Source: Blastocladiella emersonii ATCC 22665 (taxonomy: Eukaryota > Fungi > Blastocladiomycota). Taken from it: a stretch of DNA of 64,000 nucleotides. Position 1 is the stretch's first letter, and every line of letters starts with the position of its first letter. The translations under genes were made by a program, and so were the position numbers. This document shows positions 46,147 to 58,697 of this stretch, one piece after another. Under the pieces are notes generated by a model. The model saw only the letters and a list, made by a program, of their open reading frames with translations, ran no database searches and was not told the DNA's origin. The stretch covers positions 1,054,001 to 1,118,000 of the forward strand of contig JANHCV010000007.1 in NCBI GenBank assembly GCA_025594325.1. Reading direction: 5' to 3'.

Positions 46147-46168
46147 GACGCGTCGCGATATCATGTGA
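46147..46168 (+). promoter_or_regulatory. Conserved upstream motif, copy 3
   Basis: GACGCGTCGCGATATCATGTGA, 66 bp before ATG 46234. Confidence 0.6.
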
Positions 46169-46233
46169 GGAGTGCGTGATCGTGGCCGCTTCAAGATTTC
46201 GCTCCTCGCGAATGCATCAAACTCCACACTACC

Positions 46234-48260
46234 ATGAAGCAGAAGAAAAAAACACCCCGCAAACGCGGGGCCAATGTCCATGAATCTCATGAAGCCCCGG
46301 AATCCGTGACCGCTCCATCCTCGGCGGCGAGTTAAGCGGGGGCGTTGCCGTGCCCGTCTCTCTACTATGCATACGGCCGCACGTACTCGCGCGACCTCTT
46401 CCTCGGCCACAATGTTTGTGATCACCGCGGCTGGATGCACTGGTGTTCCAATCAGGCTACCTTCGCAGCGTTGAGCATGGTCTGACCACGTGCATTCGAC
46501 CGCTAGCTCGCGGGAGGCATTCCTTCGCCGCACCACAGGACTACCGCTCGCGGTGTTTCCAACGCTCCTCGGCATCAACCTTCTCAAACGCGCCACGGAG
46601 GACTTTTGGGGGTTGCACACGGCACGAATCGCTTGGAGCGCCAACCAGATCCTGCGTGACGGCGGCCAGAGCCGCGAGGAGTTTACCTTCTTCAATCTCG
46701 CGACTCCTTCGCTGCCCGTCGCGTTGCGCGAGTCGGCCTATCTGCTTGACGTGCTGGTGCGGTGTACCGAGGAGCTGTGCGGTCCTGACGCGTCGGTCTT
46801 TTCCGATTTGCCTGGTACGCTTGTTTCGGAACCGCCAGTGGACCGTGTTGCTCACTCGCTTGAGTCGACCGTGTAGCTGGACCATGTGCAAAAGGTGCGC
46901 TTTTACCCAAGCCACTTGTGATCGCATTTGCCGCGGGCCGCCTGACGTGGTCGGGTGCCGCGCAGCTCAATTCGACTCCGTGGCCCGATGCGTGGGAGCT
47001 GGGGTCCGCGATCCGCGCCAGTCCCTGGCTCGCTTCCTGTGCAGCCGAGATCTTTGCCCATGCGCAGCTCTACGGCTTTCCCGTTCATGTCGACGAATCA
47101 TCCCGCGACTCGTATCTGTACCGCGTCGAGGGTACTGTTGACCGCGACACGGTCCCGTCCGCTGCCACTGCAACCATTGTGCTGGAAATCACACTCGACG
47201 CCGTGACGCACCAGTTCCGCAGTCTCATCGTCGAGCCTTCTGGCAATGGGACCACGCAACAGCTTCGTATCGCGACCTTCGTCCCGCTCTACATTGTTGA
47301 GGCCTCAGCCAACGACTTTGATCTTTGCTTCCACCTCAAGCAAGGCTCCTACACGGCCAATGAGCCCGTGGTGCTCACTTCCGTGTCCTTGATCAAGGTG
47401 CCCATCTACTCATTCTCGGCCATGACGGCCGGCATCGCCAAATTCACAGCATCGACGCGGCTAGCTGTATTTACCAGCGATGTGACGGCGCCTTCAGCGA
47501 GCTTGAAGCTCCCAGTAGTCCACGCCGTCGAGATGGCGGACGAGCTCGAGGTCACCCTGTCGCTTCCGCACGCTTACCGACGGGCTCGCATCGATTGCGC
47601 GGACTCCAGCACATCCGCGCGGGCCGCCGGTGCCGCCTTGGTGACTGTCGACGGTGCGAAGCAGGTGATGCGCTTGCCTTGCCTTGTCAAAGTAGATTCG
47701 GTCGTGACCGATGTGCAACGGCGCACCGTTCAGATTCTCTTTCACGCGTGCTTTCGCCGGTCCTCCTCAGCGTCGCGCTTACGCCAATCTTCCCATTGTT
47801 CGCTGATTATTCGGACGCCTTCCCGCTGGGCAAGGTCCGGCATGCCCCACAGAAGCTTGCGACCGCCGGCGTGCGCGACAGCGTCACGGAGGACGACGTT
47901 GCCGCCGCCACGGCAGCCGCCGCCGCATTGCAGGGAACTCGCAAGGCGACGTCGATGCAACAGGCGCAGTACCTTCGCGTGTTCATGATTCGCTTATTCG
48001 AGGCGTGTGAGCGCGGCATGTTCGTTGTCGAGCTGCTCATGACCGGCCTCGACGACCTGATCATGGTGCCCGTCCACAACGCGAAACCGCACCTCCGCCT
48101 GAGCAGCGTCCAGCCGCTCTATCCTGGGCACGGGCACCAGTACCGCGTGACGATTCCGGCGCCGATTGTGCATGTCGTGCCTGAAGCTGATGTCTCGAGC
48201 GACGCGAGCAAGAACGAGGCGGGCGGAGAGGTCGCTGACCGGATTGTCGAGCTCGATTAG
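46234..48260 (+). pseudogene. DUF4470-like gene C, heavily disrupted
   Basis: Starts MKQKKK like A and B, with an early TAA. Homology jumps near 46490 from DALVFQSGYLRSV to FLRRTTGLPL (about 1.1 kb missing). Further frameshifts and a second deletion near 48060 follow. Ends ADRIVELD*. Confidence 0.85.
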
Positions 48261-48539
48261 CAATCGGCGACGCGTTTTTAACTCAATAGTATTTGCCATT
48301 TTGCTGATATGCTACTAGATGCGAGGTGTGGCGCAACGCGTGCTCGAATGGGCGTGATGAGCGTGATGGATCAAATTCGGGTACGTCAGCTGATGCCCGC
48401 GTCACTGCTGTCGCGCGTGCATTTTCGTCCTCCCCCCTCGTCGTCGCTGCCCGTTCCCCGTCGACTTAGAGCAACGAAAACGCACCCCTCTCCCTCTTCT
48501 CCCTCTCCGCAAAGCGCGCTCCGACGCGCACCCGAGCCC

Positions 48540-51500
48540 ATGCATTCGCCGCCGCCGCCGCCGCTGCCGGTCCCGCCCACCGCGCCGCCCGCCATGGCCG
48601 CCCCCGTGCCGCCGCCGCCCGTCATCACCGTGGCGGACGCTTCGGCGCCCGAGGGCAGCGTCGTCACGTCGGGCCCGCAGTCGCCCGCCACCGCTCCGAC
48701 ATCCTCCAGCGCCACCGAGGCCCCTGCCGCGCTGCACGCCGACTCGCCGACGCCCCGCAAGCGCACGTCGAGCGCGAGCTCGTCGACGTCGGCCAACGGC
48801 GGCAAGACGCCCGTCCCCGCCCGCGTCCCGTCGTTCCAGCCCGCCCCGCCCGCCGCCCCGCCGCTTGCCGCCGGCGCCTCGCCCGCCCAGCAGGTGCACG
48901 CGCTCGCCGTCCTGACCGCCGAGTCCGCGCTCACGTCCGCGTCCTCGTCGGCCGTCGCGACCCCGCGCTCGCCCCTGCGCTCGCCGACCGCCGCGCGCTC
49001 GCCGTCGCCCGTCAAGTCCGACTTTGGCCACCCGACGCCCGCCAAGCCGTTCGCCGGCAACGGCGCGCCGCTCGCGTTCGCGACCCTCGCCCAGCCCGAC
49101 GAGCCCATCATCGAGCTCCCGTCGGCCGCGTCGTTCGCCAAGCCGGCCGCGGCGTCGTTCTCCGCCCCCAAGTTCGCCCAGCAGGCCGAGCCCGTCACGG
49201 TCGCTCAGCCCGCGGCACCTGTCGTCGAGGCCGCCACCGCCGTCGCCGCTGATGCCATGGACGTGGACGCCGCCCCCGGTCCTCCGTCCTCGCGCACGCG
49301 CAAGCGCACCCACACCACGTCGTCGGCCGCCGAGCACGATTCGGAGACCGCTACCTCGTCGCCGTCGACCGCCGCCGCCGGCCAGACCGAGCCCCGCCGC
49401 TCCAAGCGCGCCCGTACCTCGACCTCCGGCACCTCCACCACGGCCTCGTCGTCCTCGTCGCCCGCCCATCCCGCCACCACCACCAAGTCGGCCTCGCGCC
49501 GCGCGCCCGCCAAGCGCGCTGCCGCTAAGCCCGTCGAGCCCGAGTCCGCGCCCGAGTCGCCTGCGCCCTCGCCCGTTCCGCGTCGCGGGGCTCGCGGCAA
49601 GCAGCAGGCCGAGCCCGCGCCCGAACCCGTGCCCGTGCCCGAGGCCGCCGCCGCCCCTCCGGCGCCCGCGCCGCGCGGGCATGGGGCTCGCGGCAGTAAG
49701 AAGCAGGCCGAGCCCGTTGCTGAGACCACCGTCGCCGAGCCCGCTGGAGAGCCCGAGACGCCCGCGGCCCCTGCCCCTGCTCCGCCGGCGCAGCGTGCCG
49801 CTCGTGCTAAGCGACATGTCGACCCCGTCGTCGCCGAAGCCGAGGCGTCCCCCGCCCCTCCGCTGCCCCCTCGCCGTGCGGCTCGCGGTAAGCAGGCGCA
49901 GCAGCCTCCGCAGCAGGTCGAGTCCGCTGCTCCGGCTGTGCCCGGGTCGCGCGGCTCGACCCGCACCAAGAAACCCAAGACCAAGACCCAGGAGGAGCTC
50001 GACCACGAGGCCGCCATGGCCGAGTTCGACATGCCCGAGCCCGCGCCGCGCAGTAAGTCGCGCGTCAAGAAGGCCAAGCAGCAGACGGTGCAGCCGGTGC
50101 AGGAGGAGCAGCCCGAGCCCGCGGCCCACGCCGAGGCCGCCGCGGCCCCGGTTGACGTCGAGCTCGCGGCCAGTGCCCCGCTCGCGCCTGCGGCTCCCGC
50201 GGCCAAGGGTAAGGGCAAGAAGGCCGCCCCCAAGAAGAAGGCCGCCAAGGGCGCGAGCAGCAGTCGTAAGGGCGCGAAGAGCGCGCCCGTCGTGCCCGAG
50301 CCGGTCCCCGAGGCTAAGGTCGAGCCCGAGGTCCCCGCTGCCGTAGCGACTACCCCCGCTCCCGCTCCCTCGGCTCCCTCGCACCCCACCTTCATCACCG
50401 TCGACGACGACAGCGAGCTGTCGGACCTCGACTCGGACGACGATGTGGCTGCTGCTGCTGCGCCCGCGGTGGTGCCCACGCCCGATGTCGCTGCCGCCGC
50501 GCCGCCGCGCGCTTCCCGCGCCAGACCGGGCGCGATCGCGCCGTCGGCGCCCAACGAGTCGGCCATCTTCGACTTTGTCGACACGGCGGCCGAGGTCGGC
50601 GAGCCCAGCTCGCGCCCGCCGAGTCGCGTGGCCAAGACCAAGGCCAAGGCCAAGTCCAAGGCTGCGGTCCAGCGCACTGTACGTTTTGCTTCTTACTTTG
50701 TGCAACGCGGCCGAGAGACGCGCGCCAATGTCTCGCTTGTAGCTGGACGGTGATAACTGACACACGCGTGCGGTCGATGCGTAGTCGAAGCCCAAGCCGG
50801 CGACGAAGCCCGCCACCACCACCCCCAAGCAGCTGCCGACGCGCCACTCCCGCCGCCTGCACCCAGAGCTCGAGATCGAGACCGCCGACCCCGCCGCGCC
50901 CGCCATCAGCACTGACACCACCGACATCCAGATGGCCGAGGCGTCGTCGTCGCTGCCCGTCCACCACGAGGTGCCCGCCGAGCACGTGGCGCCGCACGAC
51001 CGCACCGAGTCGACGTCCTCAGCCGCGACCATGTACACGGCGCTCGACCGCACCGGGTCGACTGCGACGATGCACGCGGCGAGCACGCAGGTGTCGCCGA
51101 TGAAGGCCTTCTCGCACACGGTGCACCACCACGAGCGCGACGACGCGGCGCTCGAGGAGGAGCGCGCGGCGCACCGGGCGACGCAGGACCAGCACCGCGC
51201 GACGCTCGACGAGCTGTACGCGGTGCGCGGCGAGCTGGCGGCCGCGACCGAGGCGGCGTCCGCGGCGGCCGAGACGGCGTCGGCCGACTACGCGCGGCAC
51301 AAGGCCATCATCGACCGCGCCGACGCCGAGTGCAAGCGGCTGAGCGCGGACGTGGTGCTCGCCAAGCAGGCGGCCGAGAAGTGGAAGCAGCGCGCCGAGG
51401 AGCTGCAGCGCGAGCAGGACGTGCTCAACGAGCGCATCAACAAGATGGAGCTCGCGCACGCGCGCCACGCCCGAAACACCGGGTCGTACACGTTCGAGCT

Positions 51501-53256
51501 CAACCCGGAGCAGGTCGCGCGCCACCACGACGCCTTCGCCAACGACCTTGCCAAGTGGCTGCGCGGCGTCCTCGGCAAGAAGGAGTACTCCAAGGTCCGC
51601 GGGTCCATGGGCCCGCGCCTCGTCCAGCTCGTGCGCCGCGGTATCGTCGTGTCGCTCCCGCCGCGTGCCAACCCGGCGCCGCTCGCGGCCGTCGGCCTCG
51701 ACGAGCTCGTCAGCGGGCTCAGCGTGTTCGAGCACACCGACGCCGAGGCCGCGCTCGCGCAGCCCACGGTCGTCGACTGGCCCGAGTTCAAGCCCGCGCA
51801 GAGTGTGACCGTGCAGTACCTCGCGGCGGCCGTCGGCCAGGCTCTGTACGCGCTGTTCGCGGCCAACCCAATCGCCGAGCGCATCGCGCAGGTCGCGCAG
51901 CTGCAGGCGTCGGGCCTGCGCGGCGGTTCCGCTGAGCTCGACGAGCCGCACCGCCGCATCCTCGAGGACCTCAACAAGGCGTGGTCCGCGTCGGCGCTCG
52001 ACGTGTGCAAGCGGTCGGTCGAGGAGTTCCAGGCGTGGGCCATGTCGGGCGGCGGCGCCGACGGCACCAGCACGCCGTCGCAGCGGCCCGACGACGACCC
52101 GGCGTGGGCGCCGTTCTTTGCGCACGTCGAGGCGCAGGTGCTCGTCGCGCTCGACCGGCTCGGGCTCCCGATCCCCACCGAGAGCGCCGAGGCGCGCCGC
52201 CTGGCCGCGTTTATCCGCCGGTTCGCGTCGCTGTGGTTCCTCGCGCCCGCGGCCGACCCGGACTGGCGCTACACCTTCTTCCCCGTGGGCGCGCCGCTGC
52301 CCGTGGACCGGTTCACGACGGTCGCCGGGATGCAGTGCCCCGGGTACGACGCCAACGTCGACGAGGACCCGGACCACCACCACCACCAGCAGGAGCAGCT
52401 CGATGACGAAGATGGCGACACCGAGCCCGCGACGCGCGCGCCCGAGCAGCCCAACACGGTGGTCATGTTCTCGATCGCGCCCGCCACCGTGTCCGTCAAC
52501 GGGTCCATGATCGTCCAGCACGCCAAAGTCGTCACGATCCAGATCCCGCTGCCCGAGACCGGTCGCGCCGCGCTCAAGGAGCGCAAGGAGGCGCGCGAGC
52601 GCGCGGCTGCGGAAGCTGCGGCGGCTGCCGAGGCTGAAGCTGCCGCTGCCGCCGCTGCCGCTGCGACGGCGCCCGGTTCGGACGACGTGGACATGGACCA
52701 GGAGAGCGAGGGCGACGAGGTTGAGGAGGCCGAGGACAGCGACGCCGAGGACGAGGACGACGAGGAGATCGAGGAGGAGGACTTCGCGGCATACCTCGAC
52801 GGCGCCGGCGCCCTCCCTGGTATCGCCACGTCCGGGTTCGCGGCCGTCATGTCCGAGGAGGCCATGGACGAGGACGGCGACGGCACAGTGCACAGCGGCG
52901 AGGGCTCGCCGCCCCCGCCCCCGACGACGACGGCGACTCTGGCCACGCCGGTCTCTGCGCCGAACTCCGGGTTCGCCCAGGAATTCCTCGGGTTCTTCGG
53001 TCTCGGCGGCGGCGCGGCCGTCACGACGACGACCACGACCACGGCGGTCGCGGGGCTCGCCGAGCAGGTCGCCGCGACGCACATCACCGCGTCGGCGCCC
53101 GCGGGTCCGGCGTTCACGGCGTTCACGGCCTCGGCTACGACGATGGCCGGTGTCGACGACCCCATGGCCGGCGTGCTCGAGTTCGGCGACGCGACGGCCG
53201 CGGCGATCGCAGCGGCGCTCGGGTCCGATGGTGCCCAAGGGCCGACGGCCGAGTAA
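48540..53256 (+). CDS. Large Ala/Pro/Glu-rich protein with a coiled coil and an acidic tract (about 1536 aa, 2 exons), function unknown
   Basis: Exon 1 48540-50678; intron 50679-50784 (GTACGT..ACTGAC..CGTAG) splices in frame into ORF 50932-53256. Heptad-like region at about 51150-51470. Codon usage is strongly GC3-biased. Confidence 0.75.
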
Positions 53257-53714
53257 GTAGGCATGTGGACGTGTGTACCAGGTTGTGAATGGACGGCGAG
53301 TCTTTATTTAAACGTTCTTCACGGCGAAGCGGAGCGATGATGAAGGGAAGTCGCGACGCGACAGGCCCCAGGCGGTGACGTCACACATGGAGCAGGGTGG
53401 CGCGGCCGCCCCGCTTGCCTTTTTTTGCTTTGCTCTCCGTGCGGTGTGGGCGTCGGCCGCCCTTCTTCATCCCATCCCCGCTCTCGCTCTCCCCGCTCTC
53501 CCCTCAGTTGATGCACGGCGGATAGAGCAGCACACGAAGCACACGGATCAACGACTCTCGACGAAGAAGTAGTAGCTGCTGGCCTGCCGCGCCCGCACTC
53601 TCTCTCTCCCGAGCGACCATCCACGCCCCGTCAACGTCGACCTCCCTTTCTGCGTTCCCGCTCGCCCGCGCAACCACAACAACCGCAGCCGCAACCGCAA
53701 CCGCAACTGCAACC

Positions 53715-55405
53715 ATGGCCGGCGCCCTCGGCCTCATCTTCGCGCCGTCGCGCGTGGCGATGCTGCTGCTCGCCTTCTTCGGCGTGTGCTTCACGGTAAT
53801 TGCCGCGCTCGCGCTGACGCGGGCACCCTATCACCAGCTGACCCAGTACCACTACATCATGTACGGCGGCTCGGTCGTGTCGCTCGCCCTGTGGGTGTTC
53901 CTGCGCGCGCGCGCCATCAAGAGCGCGCCGCGGGCGCGCCGCGTGCGCCTCGCCGCCTTCTTCCTCGCCGCGCTCGTCTACTTCACGGTCCTCCTCGGCC
54001 TCGTCATCGACCAGACCTTCAACACGCCCATGTCGTCGCTCGCCGACACCCGCGCGTTCCGCCTCGGCAGCGCGACCGCGGACTCGGCCAAGATCATTGT
54101 GCGCGACCCGACCGCGAGCTCGATCAAGGCCACGTACACGGCGGCCAACGGGACCAAGGTCGAGGTCTCGGCGCCCGTCAAGCCCGACTCCGACTACGTG
54201 GCGATCCTGACGCTGTCCGGGCTCAAGGACGTGGGCGCCAGCGGCCTGCCGATCGAGGTGACCAACGACAAGGGCCAGGGCTTCCCGTCGTACCTGAACG
54301 GCGGCAACGGCGGCGAGCTGGCGACCAAGTTCACGGTGCGCACGGTGCCCGCGGCGGACCCGCGCGGCGACGCCGCCAAGTACCGCATCGCGTACGGCAG
54401 CTGCACGCTCCCCTTCCCCTACCGCCACGCCATGACGGGCTATGGCAACGTTTACAACACCAAGCCGGACTTGTTTTTGCACCTCGGCGATTTTATCTAC
54501 GCCGACCAGCCGTACGTCGTCGGCGACTCGCTCGAGAACTACCGCCGCCTCTACCGCCGCAACCTGCGCGACGCGAGCTACATGGCGCTCGCCCAGACGG
54601 TGCCGTCGATGCACATCTTTGACGACCACGAGGTGTACGTACCCCTCATTTGGCTACGCTGGGTCGATGGGTTGATGGCTAACGGTCCTGGCGCAGCTAT
54701 GACAACTGGGAGTTTGGCATGCAGCAGGCGCCGTTCCCGAACGCCATGCAGGCGTACCACGAGCACGTGCACGACGCGATGCCCGGCGACCCGTCCAAGT
54801 ACTACTACAACTTCACCATCGGCGCGTCGCTCGCCACCGTCTTCATGAGCAACGAGCGCGCGTACCGGCAGCCGGGCACCATCAAGCCGACCGAGTTCGA
54901 CGCGACCAACGACCAGCCGCTCGAGGCCGCCGACGCCACGTTCCTGGGCAAGGACCAGCTCGACGCCGTCAAGGCCTGGCTCGTCGACTCGCAAGCGCGC
55001 GGCGTGACGTGGAAGATCCTGGTGTCGTCGGTTCCCTTCACGACATCATACAACGACCGCGACACGTGGTTCGGGGCGCGGCGCGAGCGCCAGGCGCTGC
55101 TCGAGTTCATGGACGCCAACAAGATCACCAACGTGCACGTGCTGTCGGGCGACCGCCACGAGGTCGGCCTGTTCCGCATCGAGCGGCCCGTGTCCAAGGC
55201 CGTGCTCTACGACCTGTCCGTGTCGCCGATCCACGCCTTCTACGACGACGTCGACACGGTCGTCGTCACGGACGGGCTCGTGTTCCGCGCCGCCGGCGAG
55301 CGCACCTACGTCGGCGCCCTCGACGTCGAGCGCGACGCCATGACGCTGTTCGTGCACAACCAGAAGGACGAGGTTATCCACTCGCTCAAGATCCCGCGCG
55401 TGTAA
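53715..55405 (+). CDS. PhoD-like alkaline phosphatase D family protein with N-terminal hydrophobic helices (542 aa, 2 exons)
   Basis: Motifs YGSC, FLHLGDFIYAD, IFDDHEVYDNW (rebuilt by intron 54635-54696), LGKDQL, LSGDRH and VSPI. Confidence 0.92.
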
Positions 55406-55538
55406 GTAGCGCTTGCGCGGCTCTCTGATAGATCTACTGTAGTTGTTTCTTTGAACGTTTGTATGCATGTGTGCGAGGTGTGGGAGGGAGTATCATCAAA
55501 CAAAAACGAAAGCGAGAGTGTGAAGAGAGTTGCTGGGC

Positions 55539-58500
55539 TTACTTGCCCTGCGTTGCTGGCGATGACGCCGCCGCGTCCGCGCTGCCGTCGCCAACGGCCG
55601 GGCTCGCGGCCTGGTCGAGCGCGAGGTACGTCGACGAGTCGAACACGGGGCTCGTCACCTGGTTCTGCTGCTGCTGCTGCTGGCTCCGGTTGCGCGCGCG
55701 CCGGGTGCCTGGTGGCGACGCGCCGCCGAGCTGCTGCTGCATGCGCTGCCACGCGTGGGCAGCCGCCATCGTCGAGGAGGAGGACGACGACGACGACGAC
55801 GACTGGTGCTGCTGGAACCCCTGCTGCTGCTGCTGCTGTTGGCGGTGCACGTTGATCCCGGCCGGCGGCGACGCCTGCTGCTGCTGCTGGGGGCGCTCGA
55901 GCGGCTGCTGCTGCTGCTGGGACGGCGGGAGCGGGTACGCGTTACCCTGCTGCGACGCGTGGAACGCGGCGACGTACGCCGGGTCGGCCGAGCGGTGGTA
56001 CGCCGCCGCGTTACCCGCGGAGGCCTGGTGGTGCTGCTCGGTGGCCGCCGCCGCTGCAGCGGCCGCCGCGGCCGCGGCCGTGGTCCACGCGGGTGAGTGG
56101 CCAGCGTACTCGGCCTGCGGCGGGTGCGACGGCACGCTGGGCACGGCGGCGGCGGCCTCGTCGTGCAGGCTCGCGCCCGACGTCGGCCACAGCCGCTCGT
56201 CGTCGCTCGGGACCACGTGCGGCTGCTGCTGCTGCGCGTGCTGCTGGTGCTGGGTCGAGCTCGACCCGCTCGCGGCGCTGCCGGGCGAGCACAGCTCGCC
56301 GCCGTCGTGCTGCTGCTGGTGGTGGTGATGGTGATGGTGGTGCTGCTGGTCGTCACCCGCCTCGGGCGGCGGGGCCGCGCCCTCGTACACGGGGAACCAC
56401 CCGAGCATCATACCCGGCGCGAGGACGCCGGGCGGGGGACCCGCGGGCCCGCCGTGGTGGTGGTGGTGGTGCACGTCCATGTGCCCGCCGGGCCCCATGG
56501 CGCCGGGGACCGCGTACATGTCCATGGCGACGAGCGGGGCGGCGGGTCCGCCGTACAGGAGCGTCGCGTTCGCCGCCGCCGCGGCAAGCGCGTCGCGCTC
56601 CTCCTTGGCGGCCTGCTTCTCGTGGGTCTTGAGGTGCTGCGCGCGGTTATCGGGGCGTGAGAACGACTTGCCGCAGCCGGGGATCGGGCACACGAACGGG
56701 CGGTCGCCCGTGTGGATGCGGTCGTGGCGGCGCAGGTGCTCGCGCCGCTTGAACCGCGCGCTGCAGTGCGGGCACACGTGCGGGCGGTCGTCGCCCGACC
56801 GCGCGCGCGGCAGCGGGAACGTGCGCATCGCGTCCGGGTTGTTGGTCGACGCCGGCTCGATCACCATGCGCGGGCGCGCGCGGGGGACCGGGAGCGACGG
56901 ATCGTGCGGGTTCTTGGGCACGACGATCCGCCCGACGAGGAGCGGGGAGGTCGGCAGGTGCGCGTCGTCGCCGTCGCCCGTGTCGCGCGGGCCGCCGAGG
57001 AGCGCCGACGCGGGGGTCCCGCCGCTGGACGTCGCGGCCGAACTGCTCGCGGTCGACGCGGCTGCGGACCCGCCGCCGCCGCCGCCCGAGCCCGAGACTT
57101 GGCGCGAGTGCGCGGCGCTCGACGCCGTCGACGTGGCCGCGGAGCTGCGCGTGGTGCGGGTGCTGCTGCGCGTCGAGACGGACGCGGATGCCGAGCGGGA
57201 GGCGGCGGCGCGGGAACGGAGGAGTGTCGAGCCTGTCGACTTGGCCGAGGCTGTGGTCGCGGCCGACTGGTCCGCGGCATCCTCGTCGTCGTCCTCCTCC
57301 TCGTCGTCGCTGTCGTCGCTCGCCGACTCGGCCGCGCCGGCAGCACGCTGCGGCGCCTCGTCGCTGCTCCCCTCGTCGTCCTCGTACTCTTCGTCGCTCG
57401 CGGCCTCCTCCTCCTCGTCGTCCTCGCTCGACAGGTCGCTCGCGGCGACGGGCGACGCGGTGGCGGCGGCGGCGGGGGCCGAGGCCTTGGACTGCTGCGC
57501 GGCAGCGAGCTGCTGCTGCTGCTTGGGCGGCGCCTGCTGCTGCTGCTGGACGGGGAACTGGACCGGGTGCTCGAGCGGGCGGGCCTGGCGCGCGTACCAC
57601 GCGGCCTGCTCGGCCGTCGGCCACGCCGTGTTGCCGTTGCCGCCAACAGACGCGCCCGAGTCAACGCGCTGGATCCCGATCGGCGGCGTGTTGCCGTACA
57701 CCTGCTGCTGCTGCTGCGGCGAGTGCGACGCGGGCGAGCCGGAGCCGCTGCGGCTCCCGTTCAGGCGCGCGCGCTTGGCGGCGGGGTGGTGGTGCGGGTA
57801 GTACTGCGCGTTGTGGCCCGGCGGCGGCTCGAGCGGCTGCGCTGGGTCGAGCGGGGATGAGGCCGAGGGGGACGGGTGTGCGCGCTTGGACGGGATGGAG
57901 GTGGTGGGGTCGGCGTCGTGGCGCAGCTGCGCGACGCGGCCGTCCGGGTACTGGTGCTGCTGCGTGTGCTGCTGCTGGTACGCCGACGACGTGTCGGTGC
58001 GCGTGATGCGGAGCGACTATATTGTGGGGAGCGATGCGTGTGAGTGAGCCGGAAAACATGAGGGAGGGAGTTGAGGCGATGGCGGTGGGAGTGGCGGCAG
58101 CTTGTGGACGACGCGCGGCGCTCAGCCACACGCGGCCGCACGCCGAGGTGAGCGACGCGTCCACGGGCCACCGGCCGCAAGCCCTACCACCCTTGACCGC
58201 CACTGCCGATGCGATGGATAATGGATGACGAGGGAGCGAAGAAAAAAGCCGAGTGAGCAACGTACCGTGGGCGGAACCGGCTGGCGGGACGGCATCATGG
58301 GCGACTCGGTCGCCTCGCCGGCGGGCGCGAACTGGCTGCCGTGCGCATGGCCGCTGCCGTCGGGGTACCCGTACGGGCTGTGCGGGCGATGACCGTTGGC
58401 GGCGGCGTGGAACGCGGCGAGGTGGTGGCGGTCGTGGACGCCGGCGCGGCTGTTCGGGCGGCGCGCCGAGAGCGCGAACGGGTTGATGGTCTGCACCTCG

Positions 58501-58697
58501 TTGGTCGACGACGCCGACGAGCCGGGACCGCCGGGGCGGGTCAGGACCAGGTCCGACGGGTGGTGGCCGTAGCCACTGACGGCGCTGCCGTGGCCGTGGC
58601 CATGGTGCGCGCGGTCGTCGGTCGCGGCGAACAGCGCGCCCTGCAGCTGGAACTGGGACTGCGGCGAGTGGTACTGGTGGTTGTTGTGGCCGCTCAT
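55539..58697 (-). CDS. C2H2 zinc-finger transcription factor, Msn2/SebA-type recognition helices (about 969 aa, 2 exons)
   Basis: [51 protein letters not shown] at about 56630-56790. A phase-0 intron 58265-58017 (GTACGT..TATAG) joins ATG 58697. Gln/His/Ala-rich low-complexity regions. Confidence 0.85.
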
